A stretch of 64,000 nucleotides of DNA from Acidimicrobiaceae bacterium (GCA_009842325.1 VYFQ01000016.1:16505-80504); one strand, 5' to 3'; positions 10,350 to 19,769 are shown, counted from the first letter of the stretch. The notes: generated from the letters alone by a model not told the origin. Made by a program: numbers and translations.

Positions 10350-11900
10350 CTACTGGTCGTCGGCCGGGGCGAGGCCCAGACGCTCGGCCAGGCCGATGCG
10401 CTGGAGCTTGCCGGTGGGGCCCTTGGGCAGCTCGTCGAGCACCAGGATCCGGCGGGGAACCTTGAACGCGGCCAGCGACTGCGACAGGAACCGGCGAAGC
10501 TCCCGCTCGTCGACGGGGCTCCCGGCAGTGGTGGCCACGACCGCGGCGGCCACCTCCTCGCCCAGCTTGGGGTGGGGCACGGCGAAGGTGACCGCCTGGG
10601 CCACCGACGGGTGGCCCAGCAGGGCCTCGTCCACCTCGAGCGGGGAGACCTTCTCACCGCCGCGGTTGATCTGCTCCTTGAGGCGGCCGGTGAGGAACAG
10701 GTAGCCGTCGTCGTCGAGGTAGCCCTCGTCGCCGGTGCGGAACCAGCCATCGGTGAAGGAGGCCGCGTTGGCCTCGGGGTTGTTCTCGTAGCCGTCGATC
10801 ACGGTCGAGCCCTTGATCGACACCTCTCCACGCTCGCCGGGTGGCAGCGGCCGGTTCCGGTCGTCGAGCACGGCCAGCTCGATGCCGGTGGGAACCCCGA
10901 CCGACCGGGGCTTGGCCATCGCCGGGGGCAGGGGGTTGGCGCACATCTGGTGGGTGGCCTCGGTCATGCCGTAGGCCTCGATCACGGGCGCGCCGAACAG
11001 CTCGCCCAGTTCGTGCAGCACCGGGGCCGGAAGAGACGCCGACGAAGACCTCACGAAGCGCAGACCGGCCGCCCGGGCCGTGTCGCGGTGACGGTCCGAG
11101 CGGGAGATCACCATCTGATGCATGGTCGGGACCGCGGTGTAGTAGGTGGGCTCCAGGGCTTCGAGCTGCACGAAGAACCGGAAGGCGTCGAAGCCCTCGG
11201 TGCAGGCGACCGCGCCCCCCGCCGACAACGGCGCCAGCAGACCGGCCAGCAGCCCGTGGATATGGAACAGCGGCATCACCTGCAGTGACCGGTCACCGGG
11301 AGTCAGGGCGAGCGACTCGGCGATGCCCGCGGCCGAGCGGGCCAGGTGCCGCTGGCGCAGCGGGACGATCTTGGGCCGCGACGTGGTGCCGGAAGTGTGC
11401 AGCACCAGGGCCACGTCGTCTGCGGTGGGACGGCCCGGCGCGGGCGCGCCGCCCGCCCCGGACCCGGCGACCAGATCGAGCGCACCGGCACGGCCGTTGA
11501 CCGAGCCGGTCAGCGACACCGGCAGCACGGCGGCACCAGCCTCACCGGCCGCGGCCCGGGCGACAACTCCGGAGTCGTCGGGCAGGGTGACCAGCGCCTT
11601 GGCACCGAGGTCGTCCAGGTAGAAGCGCAGCTCGTCGGTGCGGTACTTCGGGTTGAGCGGCGCGGCGCATCCGGTGCAGGCCGCGGCCAGGAAGGCGAGA
11701 GCCATCTCGGGCCCGTTGGGAACGACGATGGCGATGCGGTCGGCCGGACCCAAGCCGAGACTTCGGAGCCGGCCCGCGAGCCGGTCCACCTCGGACCGCA
11801 TCTCGGCGTGAGTGAGCACCGAGCCATCGGGCGCAACGATCGCCGGCGCGTCGTCGGCTCCGGCCGAGAGCAGGCCCCGCAGCGTCTCGCCGGCCGTCAT
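10350..11900 (-). CDS. acyl-CoA synthetase / AMP-dependent ligase
   Basis: The ATG at 11900 overlaps the upstream stop (ATGA). AMP-binding motifs LVLHTSGTTSRPKIV, EAYGMTE and GWFRTGDEGYLDDDGYLFLTGRLKEQINRGGEKV are present. The listed 638-aa ORF carries a spurious N-terminal extension. Confidence 0.9.
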   Translation of the reverse strand: MTAGETLRGLLSAGADDAPAIVAPDGSVLTHAEMRSEVDRLAGRLRSLGLGPADRIAIVVPNGPEMALAFLAAACTGCAAPLNPKYRTDELRFYLDDLGAKALVTLPDDSGVVARAAAGEAGAAVLPVSLTGSVNGRAGALDLVAGSGAGGAPAPGRPTADDVALVLHTSGTTSRPKIVPLRQRHLARSAAGIAESLALTPGDRSLQVMPLFHIHGLLAGLLAPLSAGGAVACTEGFDAFRFFVQLEALEPTYYTAVPTMHQMVISRSDRHRDTARAAGLRFVRSSSASLPAPVLHELGELFGAPVIEAYGMTEATHQMCANPLPPAMAKPRSVGVPTGIELAVLDDRNRPLPPGERGEVSIKGSTVIDGYENNPEANAASFTDGWFRTGDEGYLDDDGYLFLTGRLKEQINRGGEKVSPLEVDEALLGHPSVAQAVTFAVPHPKLGEEVAAAVVATTAGSPVDERELRRFLSQSLAAFKVPRRILVLDELPKGPTGKLQRIGLAERLGLAPADDQ

Positions 11901-12874
11901 GCGCCTAGGCGGCGGTTGAGCAAGGAGGCCAGCCCGTAGACGGTGCTGATGGCCGGGGTGGGCACGCCGGTGATCTCGCCGAGTTCGACGAACACGCCGA
12001 CCAGCGGGTCGAGCTCCAGCGGCCGGCCGGCCTCGGCGTCCTGGAGCATCGAGGTCTTGTGCTCGCCGACGGCCTCGGCGCCATCGATGCGGCGCTCGAC
12101 GCTGATGCGAATGCTGACCCCGAGAGCCTCCGCGATCTGGCCGGCCTCGGTCATCATCTGCGCGGCCAGCTCCCGGGTGGCCGGCGTGCGGCAGATACCG
12201 GCCAGCGTCGCCCCGGTGAGCGCGCTGATCGGGTTGAAGGCCAGGTTGCCCCAGGCCTTGACCCACAGGTGCGAGCGGATGTCAGTTAGCACCCTCGACT
12301 TGAACCCGGCCGAAGTCAGGGCCTCGCCCAGCGCCTTGGCCCGCTCCGACTTGGTGCCGTCAAGCTCGCCCACCGGGAAGCGGTCGCCCTCGACATGGGT
12401 GATCACCCCGGGTGCGGTCTTCTCCGCGGCCGGGTAGGCGATGCAGGCCACGATCCGCGCCGCGTCGATGGCCGCGGCGAGCACGCCGTCGGGATCCAGC
12501 GCTTCGAGCCGGCGCCCGTCGTGGGGACCGCCGTGGCGCTGGAAGTACCACCACCCGATGCCGTTCTGCACCGGCACGATCATCGTGCCGTCATCGCACA
12601 GCCGTCCAAGATCGTCGGCCACCGCGGCGATCTGGTGAGCCTTGAGAGCAAGAATCACCGCGTCATGAGCACCCAGCGCCCCGAAGTCGTCGGATGCGTC
12701 CAGACCGGAGGCAACGGTCTCGGTGCCGTCGATCTCCACCAGCCGCAGCCCATCGCGCCTGATCGCCTCCAAGTGCTCGCCCCGAGCGATGACGCTCACA
12801 TCGAGCCCGGCCACAGCCAGTCGAGCCGCCATCATCCCACCGATCGCACCCGCACCGACCACGCAAATCCTCAC
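11897..12874 (-). CDS. 2-dehydropantoate 2-reductase (PanE/ApbA) family oxidoreductase
   Basis: GTG start. N-terminal Rossmann motif ICVVGAGAIGG. Length and C-terminal domain are typical of the ketopantoate reductase family. The true substrate is unknown. Confidence 0.8.
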   Translation of the reverse strand: MRICVVGAGAIGGMMAARLAVAGLDVSVIARGEHLEAIRRDGLRLVEIDGTETVASGLDASDDFGALGAHDAVILALKAHQIAAVADDLGRLCDDGTMIVPVQNGIGWWYFQRHGGPHDGRRLEALDPDGVLAAAIDAARIVACIAYPAAEKTAPGVITHVEGDRFPVGELDGTKSERAKALGEALTSAGFKSRVLTDIRSHLWVKAWGNLAFNPISALTGATLAGICRTPATRELAAQMMTEAGQIAEALGVSIRISVERRIDGAEAVGEHKTSMLQDAEAGRPLELDPLVGVFVELGEITGVPTPAISTVYGLASLLNRRLGA

Positions 12875-12903
12875 CGCGACAGTGTGCCAGCAGAACAGCC
12901 CAA

Positions 12904-12915
12904 ACGGTATACAGC
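12904..12915. promoter_or_regulatory. GTATAC-core operator candidate (ACGGTATACAGC), upstream of panE-like/acyl-CoA synthetase operon
   Basis: Identical 12-mer to 4276-4287. It lies about 35 nt upstream of the GTG at 12874. Confidence 0.55.
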
Positions 12916-12935
12916 CGGTTCATCTCCAGACGCGG

Positions 12936-12969
12936 CGGTGCCGAGACCCGGGGGGAGGCCTCGGCACCG
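12936..12969 (-). terminator. second hairpin in the same intergenic region (10-bp stem, 14-nt loop)
   Basis: CGGTGCCGAG ... CTCGGCACCG. It lies between the long hairpin and the GTATAC site. Confidence 0.35.
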
Positions 12970-13055
12970 TTGGGGGCTGGAGTGACCCAATGATCACACG
13001 CTCCGGTAAGAGGACCGCAAGAACCGGGGCGACCGGCCAGGCCGGGGGGTGGCGA

Positions 13056-13107
13056 CGAGTCAGATGACCGACGAATAGGGCGAAGCCCGTGTCGGTCATC
13101 TGACTCG
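13056..13107 (-). terminator. long perfect hairpin (17-bp stem, 18-nt loop with nested GGGC-GAA-GCCC) downstream of the amidohydrolase gene
   Basis: CGAGTCAGATGACCGAC ... GTCGGTCATCTGACTCG. It lies 41 nt after the stop at 13148. No U-tract. Confidence 0.4.
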
Positions 13108-13147
13108 GCGACAGGACCCGCCGGCCGGAGGGCAAGCCCCCTGCGCG

Positions 13148-14542
13148 TCAGACGACTGGCCAGCGGGGTTTGGCGTACTTGGCCAGGCCGGTGCGCTCGG
13201 CGGCGGTCGCGGCTGCCTCCCGGCCTCGGGCCATGATGGCTCGGGCATCGAGATTGACGAACTCGCCGCCCTCCACGATCACCTTGCCGTCGATCACCAC
13301 GGTGTGGACCGAGTCGCCGCTCACGCCGTGGCCGAGGTTCGACAGCGGGTTGTGCAGCGGCACCCACTCGGGCCGGTCGAGGTCGAACAGCAGGAGGTCG
13401 GCCCGCTTGCCCGGTTCCAGCGAGCCGACCTCGTCGTCCCACAGCACCGAGCGGGCACCGTCGATGGTGAGGTGCTCCAGGATGGTCTCGGCCGGCATCA
13501 GCGAGGCGTCCTCGAAGATGTCGCGGTACACCCGGAAGTACTGGGCGATGCGCAGGATGTCGGTGGTGTGCGAGCAGGCGCCGATGTCGGTGCCTACCCC
13601 CACGGTCACGCCCCGCTCCAGCAGCTTGAGGTGGGTGGCCCTCTGCAGCCCGCCCCAGCCGAACACGGCGCTGGCGGTGGGGCACATCGACACCTTGACG
13701 TCGCGCTCGGCCAGCAGGTCGCACTCCTCGTCGGTGAGGAAGTGGCAGTGGACCAGCTGCACGTTGGGGCCCAGCACGCCGTTGCGCTCGTAGCGGGCGA
13801 TGGGGCGCTCGCCGTCGAACACCCGCTGGTGGTGCTCCACCGAGTCGCGGTTGGAGATCATGTGGGACACGATGCCGGTGCCGTGCTCGGCGGCCAGCTC
13901 GGCTATCGACCGGCACAGGCGGTCGGACACCATGCGCTCGGTGCGCAGCGAGAACCAGGGCCGCACCCGGCCGGAGGCTGCGCCCTGATACGACTCGACG
14001 AAGGCCAGCCCGGAGGCGATGGCGTCGTCGGTGGTGGAGTCGAACGTGCCCGGCATGGCCCTGCCCCCGGCCATGTCGGTGAGCGAGCGGGCCAGCACCG
14101 CCCGGCAACCGATCTCGTCGGCGGCCCGGGCCGAGTTCTCCGGATTCTGCGAGCCCGGGTCGCACACCGTGGTGGTGCCGTGGCGGACCGACTCCAGCAA
14201 CGCGCACATGGCGGCCAGGTAGGCCTCCTCGTCGGTGACACCGGCCTCCATCGGGTAGCAGCGGTCGTGGAGGAACACCTTGAGGGGCACGTCGTCGCCG
14301 AGACCCCGCACGAAGAAGGGGGCCAGGTGCTGGTGGTTGTCGACGAAGCCGGGGGTGATCAGCCGGCCGCTCGCGTCGATGGTGCGGACCGCGGTGCCGT
14401 AGCCGGCGGCCTCAACGTCGGCCGTGGGGCCGACCGCCTTGATCTCGCCGCCGTCGACGGCCACCGCGCCGTCGCGCACCATGCGGCGCTCCGGGTCCAT
14501 GGTGATGAGCCAGTCGGCGTTACGAACCAGCAAATCGATCAT
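13148..14542 (-). CDS. amidohydrolase family protein (chlorohydrolase/deaminase-like)
   Basis: 464 aa with an N-terminal metal-binding HxH (VDNHQHL). Overall resemblance to the TRZ/ATZ and MTA/SAH-deaminase group. Confidence 0.8.
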   Translation of the reverse strand: MIDLLVRNADWLITMDPERRMVRDGAVAVDGGEIKAVGPTADVEAAGYGTAVRTIDASGRLITPGFVDNHQHLAPFFVRGLGDDVPLKVFLHDRCYPMEAGVTDEEAYLAAMCALLESVRHGTTTVCDPGSQNPENSARAADEIGCRAVLARSLTDMAGGRAMPGTFDSTTDDAIASGLAFVESYQGAASGRVRPWFSLRTERMVSDRLCRSIAELAAEHGTGIVSHMISNRDSVEHHQRVFDGERPIARYERNGVLGPNVQLVHCHFLTDEECDLLAERDVKVSMCPTASAVFGWGGLQRATHLKLLERGVTVGVGTDIGACSHTTDILRIAQYFRVYRDIFEDASLMPAETILEHLTIDGARSVLWDDEVGSLEPGKRADLLLFDLDRPEWVPLHNPLSNLGHGVSGDSVHTVVIDGKVIVEGGEFVNLDARAIMARGREAAATAAERTGLAKYAKPRWPVV

Positions 14543-15486
14543 CCTGCTCGGCCTCTCAACTCGTAGGCGTAGTGGCTCAAGCCGGCCTCCATGTCGAAGG
14601 TGGGCTTCCAGCCCAGTCCGGCCTCGGTGTGGGACAGGTCGAGCGGGTCGCCGGCCGACACCGCCGGAGGCGCTCCCGGGATCACCTGCACCTTGAGGTC
14701 GCCGACGATCCGCCGGGCGGCCGCCACCAGATCGTCGAAGGAGGTGATGGTGCCGGTGCCGATGTTGAAGACGTGCTTGTCCGGCAAGTCCACGGTGGCG
14801 GCCAGGTCGACGGCCCGGCCCACGTCGAGGTCGTAGACGTACTCGAAGTCCATGGTGTGCTCCTGCTTGACGAAGGCGGTCTGCCCCGCTAGGCCGGCCT
14901 CGAGCAGGGCCTGGATCTTGGACCCGAAGGATCCCCCCTCGAAGTGCCCGTAGCCGTAGGCGTTGGCCGGCCGCAGAATGGCCAGCTCGAAGCCGAACTC
15001 CTTCTGGTAGCTCTCGGCGGCCAGCTCCTTGATCACCTTCGAGTTGCCGTAGGCCCGTCCCGGCCCCCGGGGCGCGTCCTCGGTGATGGGCGCCCCCCGG
15101 GCCCGGCGCCGGTCGTACACCGCGAAGCTGCTGACGTGCACCAGCCGGCGCACCCGGGCGAGACGCACCGCCTCCAGGACGTTGACCGTGCCGGTGACGT
15201 TGACCTCGAGCCCGGTGTAGAGCGGTCGCGACACGCTGTCGCCGATCAGCCCGGCGGTGTGCACCACCGTCTCCACCTTGTGCTCCCGCATGGCCGTTAC
15301 CACCGCCGACAGGTCGCGGATGTCGGCCTTCACGGTGGGGATGTCGGCCGCGATCGGTCCGAGGCGTTCTCGCAGGTAGTCATCTCGGGACTGCAGGTCC
15401 AGGAATACGACCGGCTCTCCCCTCTGCAGGGCGCAACGGGCGAAGGACGTGCCCACCAGCCCGGTCCCGGTCACCAGTGTGGTCAT
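14539..15486 (-). CDS. NAD-dependent epimerase/dehydratase family protein
   Basis: N-terminal TLVTGTGLVG Rossmann motif and YGNSK catalytic motif. 4-nt overlaps with both neighbours. Confidence 0.85.
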   Translation of the reverse strand: MTTLVTGTGLVGTSFARCALQRGEPVVFLDLQSRDDYLRERLGPIAADIPTVKADIRDLSAVVTAMREHKVETVVHTAGLIGDSVSRPLYTGLEVNVTGTVNVLEAVRLARVRRLVHVSSFAVYDRRRARGAPITEDAPRGPGRAYGNSKVIKELAAESYQKEFGFELAILRPANAYGYGHFEGGSFGSKIQALLEAGLAGQTAFVKQEHTMDFEYVYDLDVGRAVDLAATVDLPDKHVFNIGTGTITSFDDLVAAARRIVGDLKVQVIPGAPPAVSAGDPLDLSHTEAGLGWKPTFDMEAGLSHYAYELRGRAG

Positions 15487-15965
15487 GCCTCTGACACCTC
15501 GAACTCTCCGCTGATCTCTACCGGCTGCTGGCGGGGCAGGCTGGCCATGCCCACCGCGGCTCTCGCGTGGCGGCCGCGCTCGGGGCCGAACAACTCGAAG
15601 AACAGATCCGAGGCGCCGTCCACGACCTTGGGCATCAACTCGAAGTCCGGGGTGCAGTTCACCATGCCCAGCAGCCGGACCACCCTGCTGATGCGGCCGA
15701 GGTCACCGAGCTCGGCCCGCAGGGTGGCCAGGATGGACAGCCCGCAGGCCTTGGCCACCTCGTAGCCCTGCTCCACGGACAGCTCGGCGCCGAGCTTCCC
15801 CCGGCGCACGATGTCCATGCCGGGATGGTGCGGGCCGTGGCCCGACACGAACATCACGTTGCCGACCCGCACGCATCCCTGGCGGTTCTCGCTGGGGAAC
15901 TGCCGCGGCTCGGGCAGGGTCAAACCCATGGCCGAGAGCCGAGCCTCGATCGCGCCAGCCGGCAT
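15483..15965 (-). CDS. RidA/YjgF family protein
   Basis: The ATG at 15965 overlaps the upstream TGA by 1 nt. The 160-aa protein has the typical RidA layout (VFVSGHG ... ARAAVGMASLPRQQPVEISGEFEV). Confidence 0.8.
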   Translation of the reverse strand: MPAGAIEARLSAMGLTLPEPRQFPSENRQGCVRVGNVMFVSGHGPHHPGMDIVRRGKLGAELSVEQGYEVAKACGLSILATLRAELGDLGRISRVVRLLGMVNCTPDFELMPKVVDGASDLFFELFGPERGRHARAAVGMASLPRQQPVEISGEFEVSEA

Positions 15966-17173
15966 CAGCGGATCTCCGCGGCTTCGCGGACGCTGGAGAT
16001 CAGCGAGGCCCGCAACAGGAACTCCCGGGCCAGGGTGGGATCGTCGGCGGCCCGCCGCAGCTCGTCGCGGTTGCGCCGCCGCACCTCGGGGTCGGCCTCC
16101 GCCATCAGCTTCTTGTTGCGGATCGTGATTGCCTGCACATGGGCCACGGCCACATGCCGACGCTGGCGGACGTAGCGGTCCAGGACCTCGCCGCCGGCCT
16201 CGTCCCGCAGCACCGACGACAGCTTGCCGGCCAGGTTGACCGCGTCGTGGATCCCGCTGTTCATGCCCATCGCGCCTATCGGGCTGTTGACGTGAGCCGC
16301 GTCGCCGGCCAGCAGCACCCGCCCCGCCCGGAAGGTCTCGGCCACCCGCTGGTGCACGGTGTAGAGCGACTTGGACACCACCTCGTAGGGAGTGCCGGTG
16401 GGGTGGAACCGTTGGAGCCCGGCCTCGATGACGTCGTCGTCGAGCAGCGCGTCGGGGTCGGCGTTCACGTCGGCGGGCAGCACCACCCGCCACAGGTCGG
16501 TCCACCGGAACAGGTTGGCCCACTCGACCGGGTCGAGGATGTAGTTGCGATAGCCATAGGGCAGGATCGAGTCGAAGTCGAACAGCACGCTCAGCGTCAT
16601 GGTGCGGTCCGGGAAGGCGAACCCCTCGAAGTCGATGCCGAGCTGCTTGCGCACCACGCTGTGGGCGCCCTCGCAGCCCACCAGGTGGGTGCCGCGCAGT
16701 TCCTCCCGCTCCCCGTCGGCAGTCTCTACCGTTGCAGTCACGGAGTCCGGGCCTTGGCTGAAGCCGACCAACTCGGCCCCGGTGCGGACCTCGATCAGGT
16801 CGGTGCCGGAGGCCATCTTGAGCGACTCCTCCACCAGCTTGAGGCGGTCACACTGCAATGCGTGGGGGAAGCGGGTGTCGCCGGCCAGCACGGCATGGTC
16901 GAACACCGCGATGGGCTCGGAGTCGCCGCGGTCCCAGTAGTGGACGAGGGGGGCGACGATGCCGCGGGGCTCGAGACGCTCGTAGAGGCCGATACCGTCG
17001 AGCATCTCCAGAGTGGCCGCGTGGATGGTTCCGGCCCGCCGGACCTGATCGAGCAGGTCCACCAGCTTCTCGACCACCACCACCCGGTGGCCGCGCCCGG
17101 CGAGGGACAGGGCCAGCACCAGCCCGACCGGGCCGGCGCCAGCGATGATCACCCGGTCGTCAGCCCGTGTCAC
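15965..17173 (-). CDS. FAD-dependent monooxygenase (aromatic-ring hydroxylase family)
   Basis: N-terminal VIIAGAGPVGLVLALSLAGRGHRVVVVEK, plus LAGDAAHVNSPIGAMGMNSGIHDA (FAD/ribityl motif). Confidence 0.9.
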   Translation of the reverse strand: MTRADDRVIIAGAGPVGLVLALSLAGRGHRVVVVEKLVDLLDQVRRAGTIHAATLEMLDGIGLYERLEPRGIVAPLVHYWDRGDSEPIAVFDHAVLAGDTRFPHALQCDRLKLVEESLKMASGTDLIEVRTGAELVGFSQGPDSVTATVETADGEREELRGTHLVGCEGAHSVVRKQLGIDFEGFAFPDRTMTLSVLFDFDSILPYGYRNYILDPVEWANLFRWTDLWRVVLPADVNADPDALLDDDVIEAGLQRFHPTGTPYEVVSKSLYTVHQRVAETFRAGRVLLAGDAAHVNSPIGAMGMNSGIHDAVNLAGKLSSVLRDEAGGEVLDRYVRQRRHVAVAHVQAITIRNKKLMAEADPEVRRRNRDELRRAADDPTLAREFLLRASLISSVREAAEIR

Positions 17174-17600
17174 CGGAATCTGCGGGATCGGGCTCCGCAG
17201 GGTCTCGCAGCGCGCCGATCCAGCCCGAGGTGGTGAGATCGAACACCAGGCCGTCGGGCGACCGGTACTTGACCTCGTAGTAGCGGTTGGGCTCGTCGGG
17301 GCGCCGACCTCTCAGGTGCTCGGCACCGGCCCGCTCCGCCTGTTCGGAGGCCTCCTCGAGGTCGTCGACCCACATTCCGAAGTGGTAGAGCCCGTAGAAG
17401 GGCTCCGAACCCTCGTCGGTGACCCCGACGACGGGGTCGCCGCCGAAGTGCAGCAGGGCGACGTTCATCACGCCGTCGGTCATGTACACGCCGCGACCGG
17501 CGTCGCCGGCCTTGGTCATGCCGAAGGCCTGCTCGAAAAAGGCCTGGGCCGCGGCCACGTCGGGCACGGAGATGGCTAGGTGTCGGAGCCGGGCAGCCAC
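17160..17600 (-). CDS. VOC (glyoxalase/bleomycin resistance/dioxygenase) family protein
   Basis: 146 aa with a GTG start. It begins LRHLAISVPDVAAAQAFFEQAFGM, as VOC domains do. Confidence 0.8.
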   Translation of the reverse strand: MAARLRHLAISVPDVAAAQAFFEQAFGMTKAGDAGRGVYMTDGVMNVALLHFGGDPVVGVTDEGSEPFYGLYHFGMWVDDLEEASEQAERAGAEHLRGRRPDEPNRYYEVKYRSPDGLVFDLTTSGWIGALRDPAEPDPADSGDTG

Positions 17601-17608
17601 GGCGACTG

Positions 17609-17620
17609 ACTGTATACAAC
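17609..17620. promoter_or_regulatory. GTATAC-core operator candidate (ACTGTATACAAC) between VOC operon and protease/GGT genes
   Basis: It sits in the divergent intergenic region, about 15 nt upstream of the VOC GTG at 17600. Confidence 0.5.
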
Positions 17621-17723
17621 CGCCACGGACGGCATCTCATTAGCCGGCGCGAACTGCCAAGACCAACGAAAGCGGTAACCGACGGGTTGCACCCGCACCT
17701 ATAGCAGTGTACAATGAAATATC

Positions 17724-18146
17724 ATGACAAGGGCCGGAGAGCGAGCAAGAGGGCGAATGTGGCTGCCCTTCAAGGACTGGGAGGGACCGGTGGGCACATT
17801 CGACTGGCCGATCCGACTGGACAGCATGGACGGCGAGAGGTCTTTGCATCTGGACGCCCTGGTGGACACCGGCAGCAGCTGCACGTCGGCGCCAGCCGGC
17901 CTGCTCCACGAATTGGGAGTCGTGCCCAAGGTGAAGGTCAGGATGGAACTAGCAGACGGGCGGACCGCCATCTACGACATGGGAGAGGCCCGGGCCACCG
18001 TCAGCGGACGCAGTGCCATTACGTGGGTGACCTTCGGTGACGATGACGCCCGTCCCCTGCTGGGGGCCCACACGCTCCAGGGGCTCCTGTTGACGGTGGA
18101 TCCCTGGAAGCACGAAGTGGTGCCCACGCCCTACCTCCTCAGGTAG
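17724..18146 (+). CDS. retropepsin-like (clan AA) aspartic protease
   Basis: 140 aa single domain with an ALVDTGSS active-site motif and a LLGAHTLQGL flap/dimer region. Confidence 0.7.
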   Translation: MTRAGERARGRMWLPFKDWEGPVGTFDWPIRLDSMDGERSLHLDALVDTGSSCTSAPAGLLHELGVVPKVKVRMELADGRTAIYDMGEARATVSGRSAITWVTFGDDDARPLLGAHTLQGLLLTVDPWKHEVVPTPYLLR

Positions 18147-18191
18147 GCACACCCTCAACGACCCCCACCTAGCGCCCCCGACCCAGCGTCG

Positions 18192-19769
18192 ATGCGGACG
18201 ATCGGCGCGAGAGTTGATGCCTGCGTACATTCGGGTGTGGTGACGGGACGACAGAGACAAGCGGCGGTGGCGGCAGGGCACCCGCGAGCCACTGACACGG
18301 CAGTGAGGTTGCTGAGGGCCGGTGGGTCGGCAGTGGACGCGGCGATCGGGGCCGATGCGGTCATGGGGGTGGTGGAGCCCACCGGCACTGGTGTCGGCGG
18401 GGATCTGATGGCTGTCGTGGCGACTCACGAGGGAGTCTCGGTGCTCAACGGGGCCGGGCGCTCCGGGCGGCGCACTGACCCAGAGTCGGTACCCGACAAC
18501 GGCCACGGCTTCGTGCCGTCGGTCGGAGGGTGGGCGGTGACGGTGCCGGGGGCGGTGGCCGCATGGCAGGACCTGCACGGCCGGTTCGGCCGGCTGCCGT
18601 GGCCGTCGCTGTTCGAGCCGGCCATCGAGGCCGCCACCGAGGGCGCCGAACTCGGCGCGACCGGCAGCCGGCTCTGGGAGAGTTCCCGAGACCGGCTAGA
18701 CGCCGCGGGTAGTGCCCTGTACTTCCCGGCTGGCACAGCCCCGGCACCGGGAGAGCGGTGGCGCAACCCCGCCCTCGCCGCGGTCCTGAAGCAGATCGCA
18801 GCCGACGGTTCCGATGCCCTGTACCGCGGCCCGCTGGCCCAGGCCGTGTGCGAGTCCGCCACGGCCGCGGGCGGGAACGTGCACATCGACGACCTTGCCG
18901 GCCACCGCAGCGAGTGGGTGGAGCCGCTGCAAGTCGGCCTGGGCGACCACGAGCTCATCACGGTGCCGCCTCCGTGCCAGGGCACGGTCACGGCTCTGGC
19001 CGCCGAATGGGTGCACGACCGGGGCCTGCTCGGCGCCACCGGGGACGATGCCGGAGTCGAGGCCGCGGCGTCCATGGTCGAGGCGCTCGACAGGGCCTTC
19101 GCGGTAGCCCTCGACTGTCTGGCCGACCCAGCCGCAGCCGAGGTGCCCGACTACGACGAGATGCGGCTCCGGATGGCGGGCGCGCCGCGGCGCGGGCCGA
19201 TGCCGCTGGGGCCGGGGACGGTGTTCACGGTGGTGTTCACCGCCGAGCAGGCAGTGGTGTTGACATCCAGCGTGTGCGACCGGTTCGGGTCGGGAGTGAC
19301 CGTGCCCGAGGGCGGCTTCGTGCTGCAGAGCCGGGGACGGGGCTTCTCAACCGATTTGAGCCACCCCAACGCGGTGGCGCCCAACAAGCGCCCCTACCAC
19401 ACCATCGTTCCCACGCTGGTGCTCGAGAACGGCCAACCCATGCTGGGCATGGGAGTGGTAGGCGGGATCATGCAGCCCCAGGGCAAGTTGCAGATCCTGC
19501 ACCGGGTACTCGGCGGCGCCAGCCTGACCGCCGCGGTCGAAGCCGGCCGGTTCCGCCTGATCGGCGAAGGGCAGGTCACCACAGAAGCCAGCCTGGAGCC
19601 CGATTGGCGAGCCGCCATCGGAGCGGCCGGCTACGAGCTGGTGGACACGGCAGACGTGATCGGAGGCTTCGGCGGCGCCCAGGCCGTCCTCAGCAGGGAG
19701 GGCACCCTGACCGCGGCCAGCGACCCTCGCCGCGATGGCACCTCAGCCGTTATTGGGATTACTGACTGA
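18192..19769 (+). CDS. gamma-glutamyltransferase family protein (no signal peptide)
   Basis: Motifs: AVAAGHPRATDTAVRLLRAGGSAVDAAIGADAVMGVVEP..GVGGD; GTVFTVV around the expected autoprocessing Thr; SRGRGFS; PNKRPYHTIVPT; MGVVGG. The start may be the GTG at 18237. Confidence 0.85.
   Translation: MRTIGARVDACVHSGVVTGRQRQAAVAAGHPRATDTAVRLLRAGGSAVDAAIGADAVMGVVEPTGTGVGGDLMAVVATHEGVSVLNGAGRSGRRTDPESVPDNGHGFVPSVGGWAVTVPGAVAAWQDLHGRFGRLPWPSLFEPAIEAATEGAELGATGSRLWESSRDRLDAAGSALYFPAGTAPAPGERWRNPALAAVLKQIAADGSDALYRGPLAQAVCESATAAGGNVHIDDLAGHRSEWVEPLQVGLGDHELITVPPPCQGTVTALAAEWVHDRGLLGATGDDAGVEAAASMVEALDRAFAVALDCLADPAAAEVPDYDEMRLRMAGAPRRGPMPLGPGTVFTVVFTAEQAVVLTSSVCDRFGSGVTVPEGGFVLQSRGRGFSTDLSHPNAVAPNKRPYHTIVPTLVLENGQPMLGMGVVGGIMQPQGKLQILHRVLGGASLTAAVEAGRFRLIGEGQVTTEASLEPDWRAAIGAAGYELVDTADVIGGFGGAQAVLSREGTLTAASDPRRDGTSAVIGITD

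Noticed and set aside
10350-12266. N-terminal extensions of listed ORFs: 10350..12266, 29124..30716, 36138..37232, 37006..39042, 41101..42273, 54857..56968 and 58718..59305.
   Set aside because: The extensions overlap the upstream gene in another frame and are Arg/Pro-rich. Internal ATG/GTG starts with an SD or a 4-nt stop-start overlap give family-typical N-termini.
12920-13135. 71-aa ORF inside the 273-bp intergenic region.
   Set aside because: It is Pro/Arg-rich with no SD, and it spans both hairpins. The region is better explained as non-coding structure.
12663-14207. 514-aa minus-strand ORF overlapping the amidohydrolase gene in another frame, and similar ORFs at 27723..28916, 28276..30006, 32207..34402 and 35114..36076.
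   Set aside because: The same artefact class: RGP-rich translations that overlap genes with strong family evidence.
17714-18040. 108-aa ORF starting at the ATG at 17714, overlapping the aspartic protease gene.
   Set aside because: Its Arg/Gly-rich translation has no motif. The alternative frame contains the DTGS protease signature.
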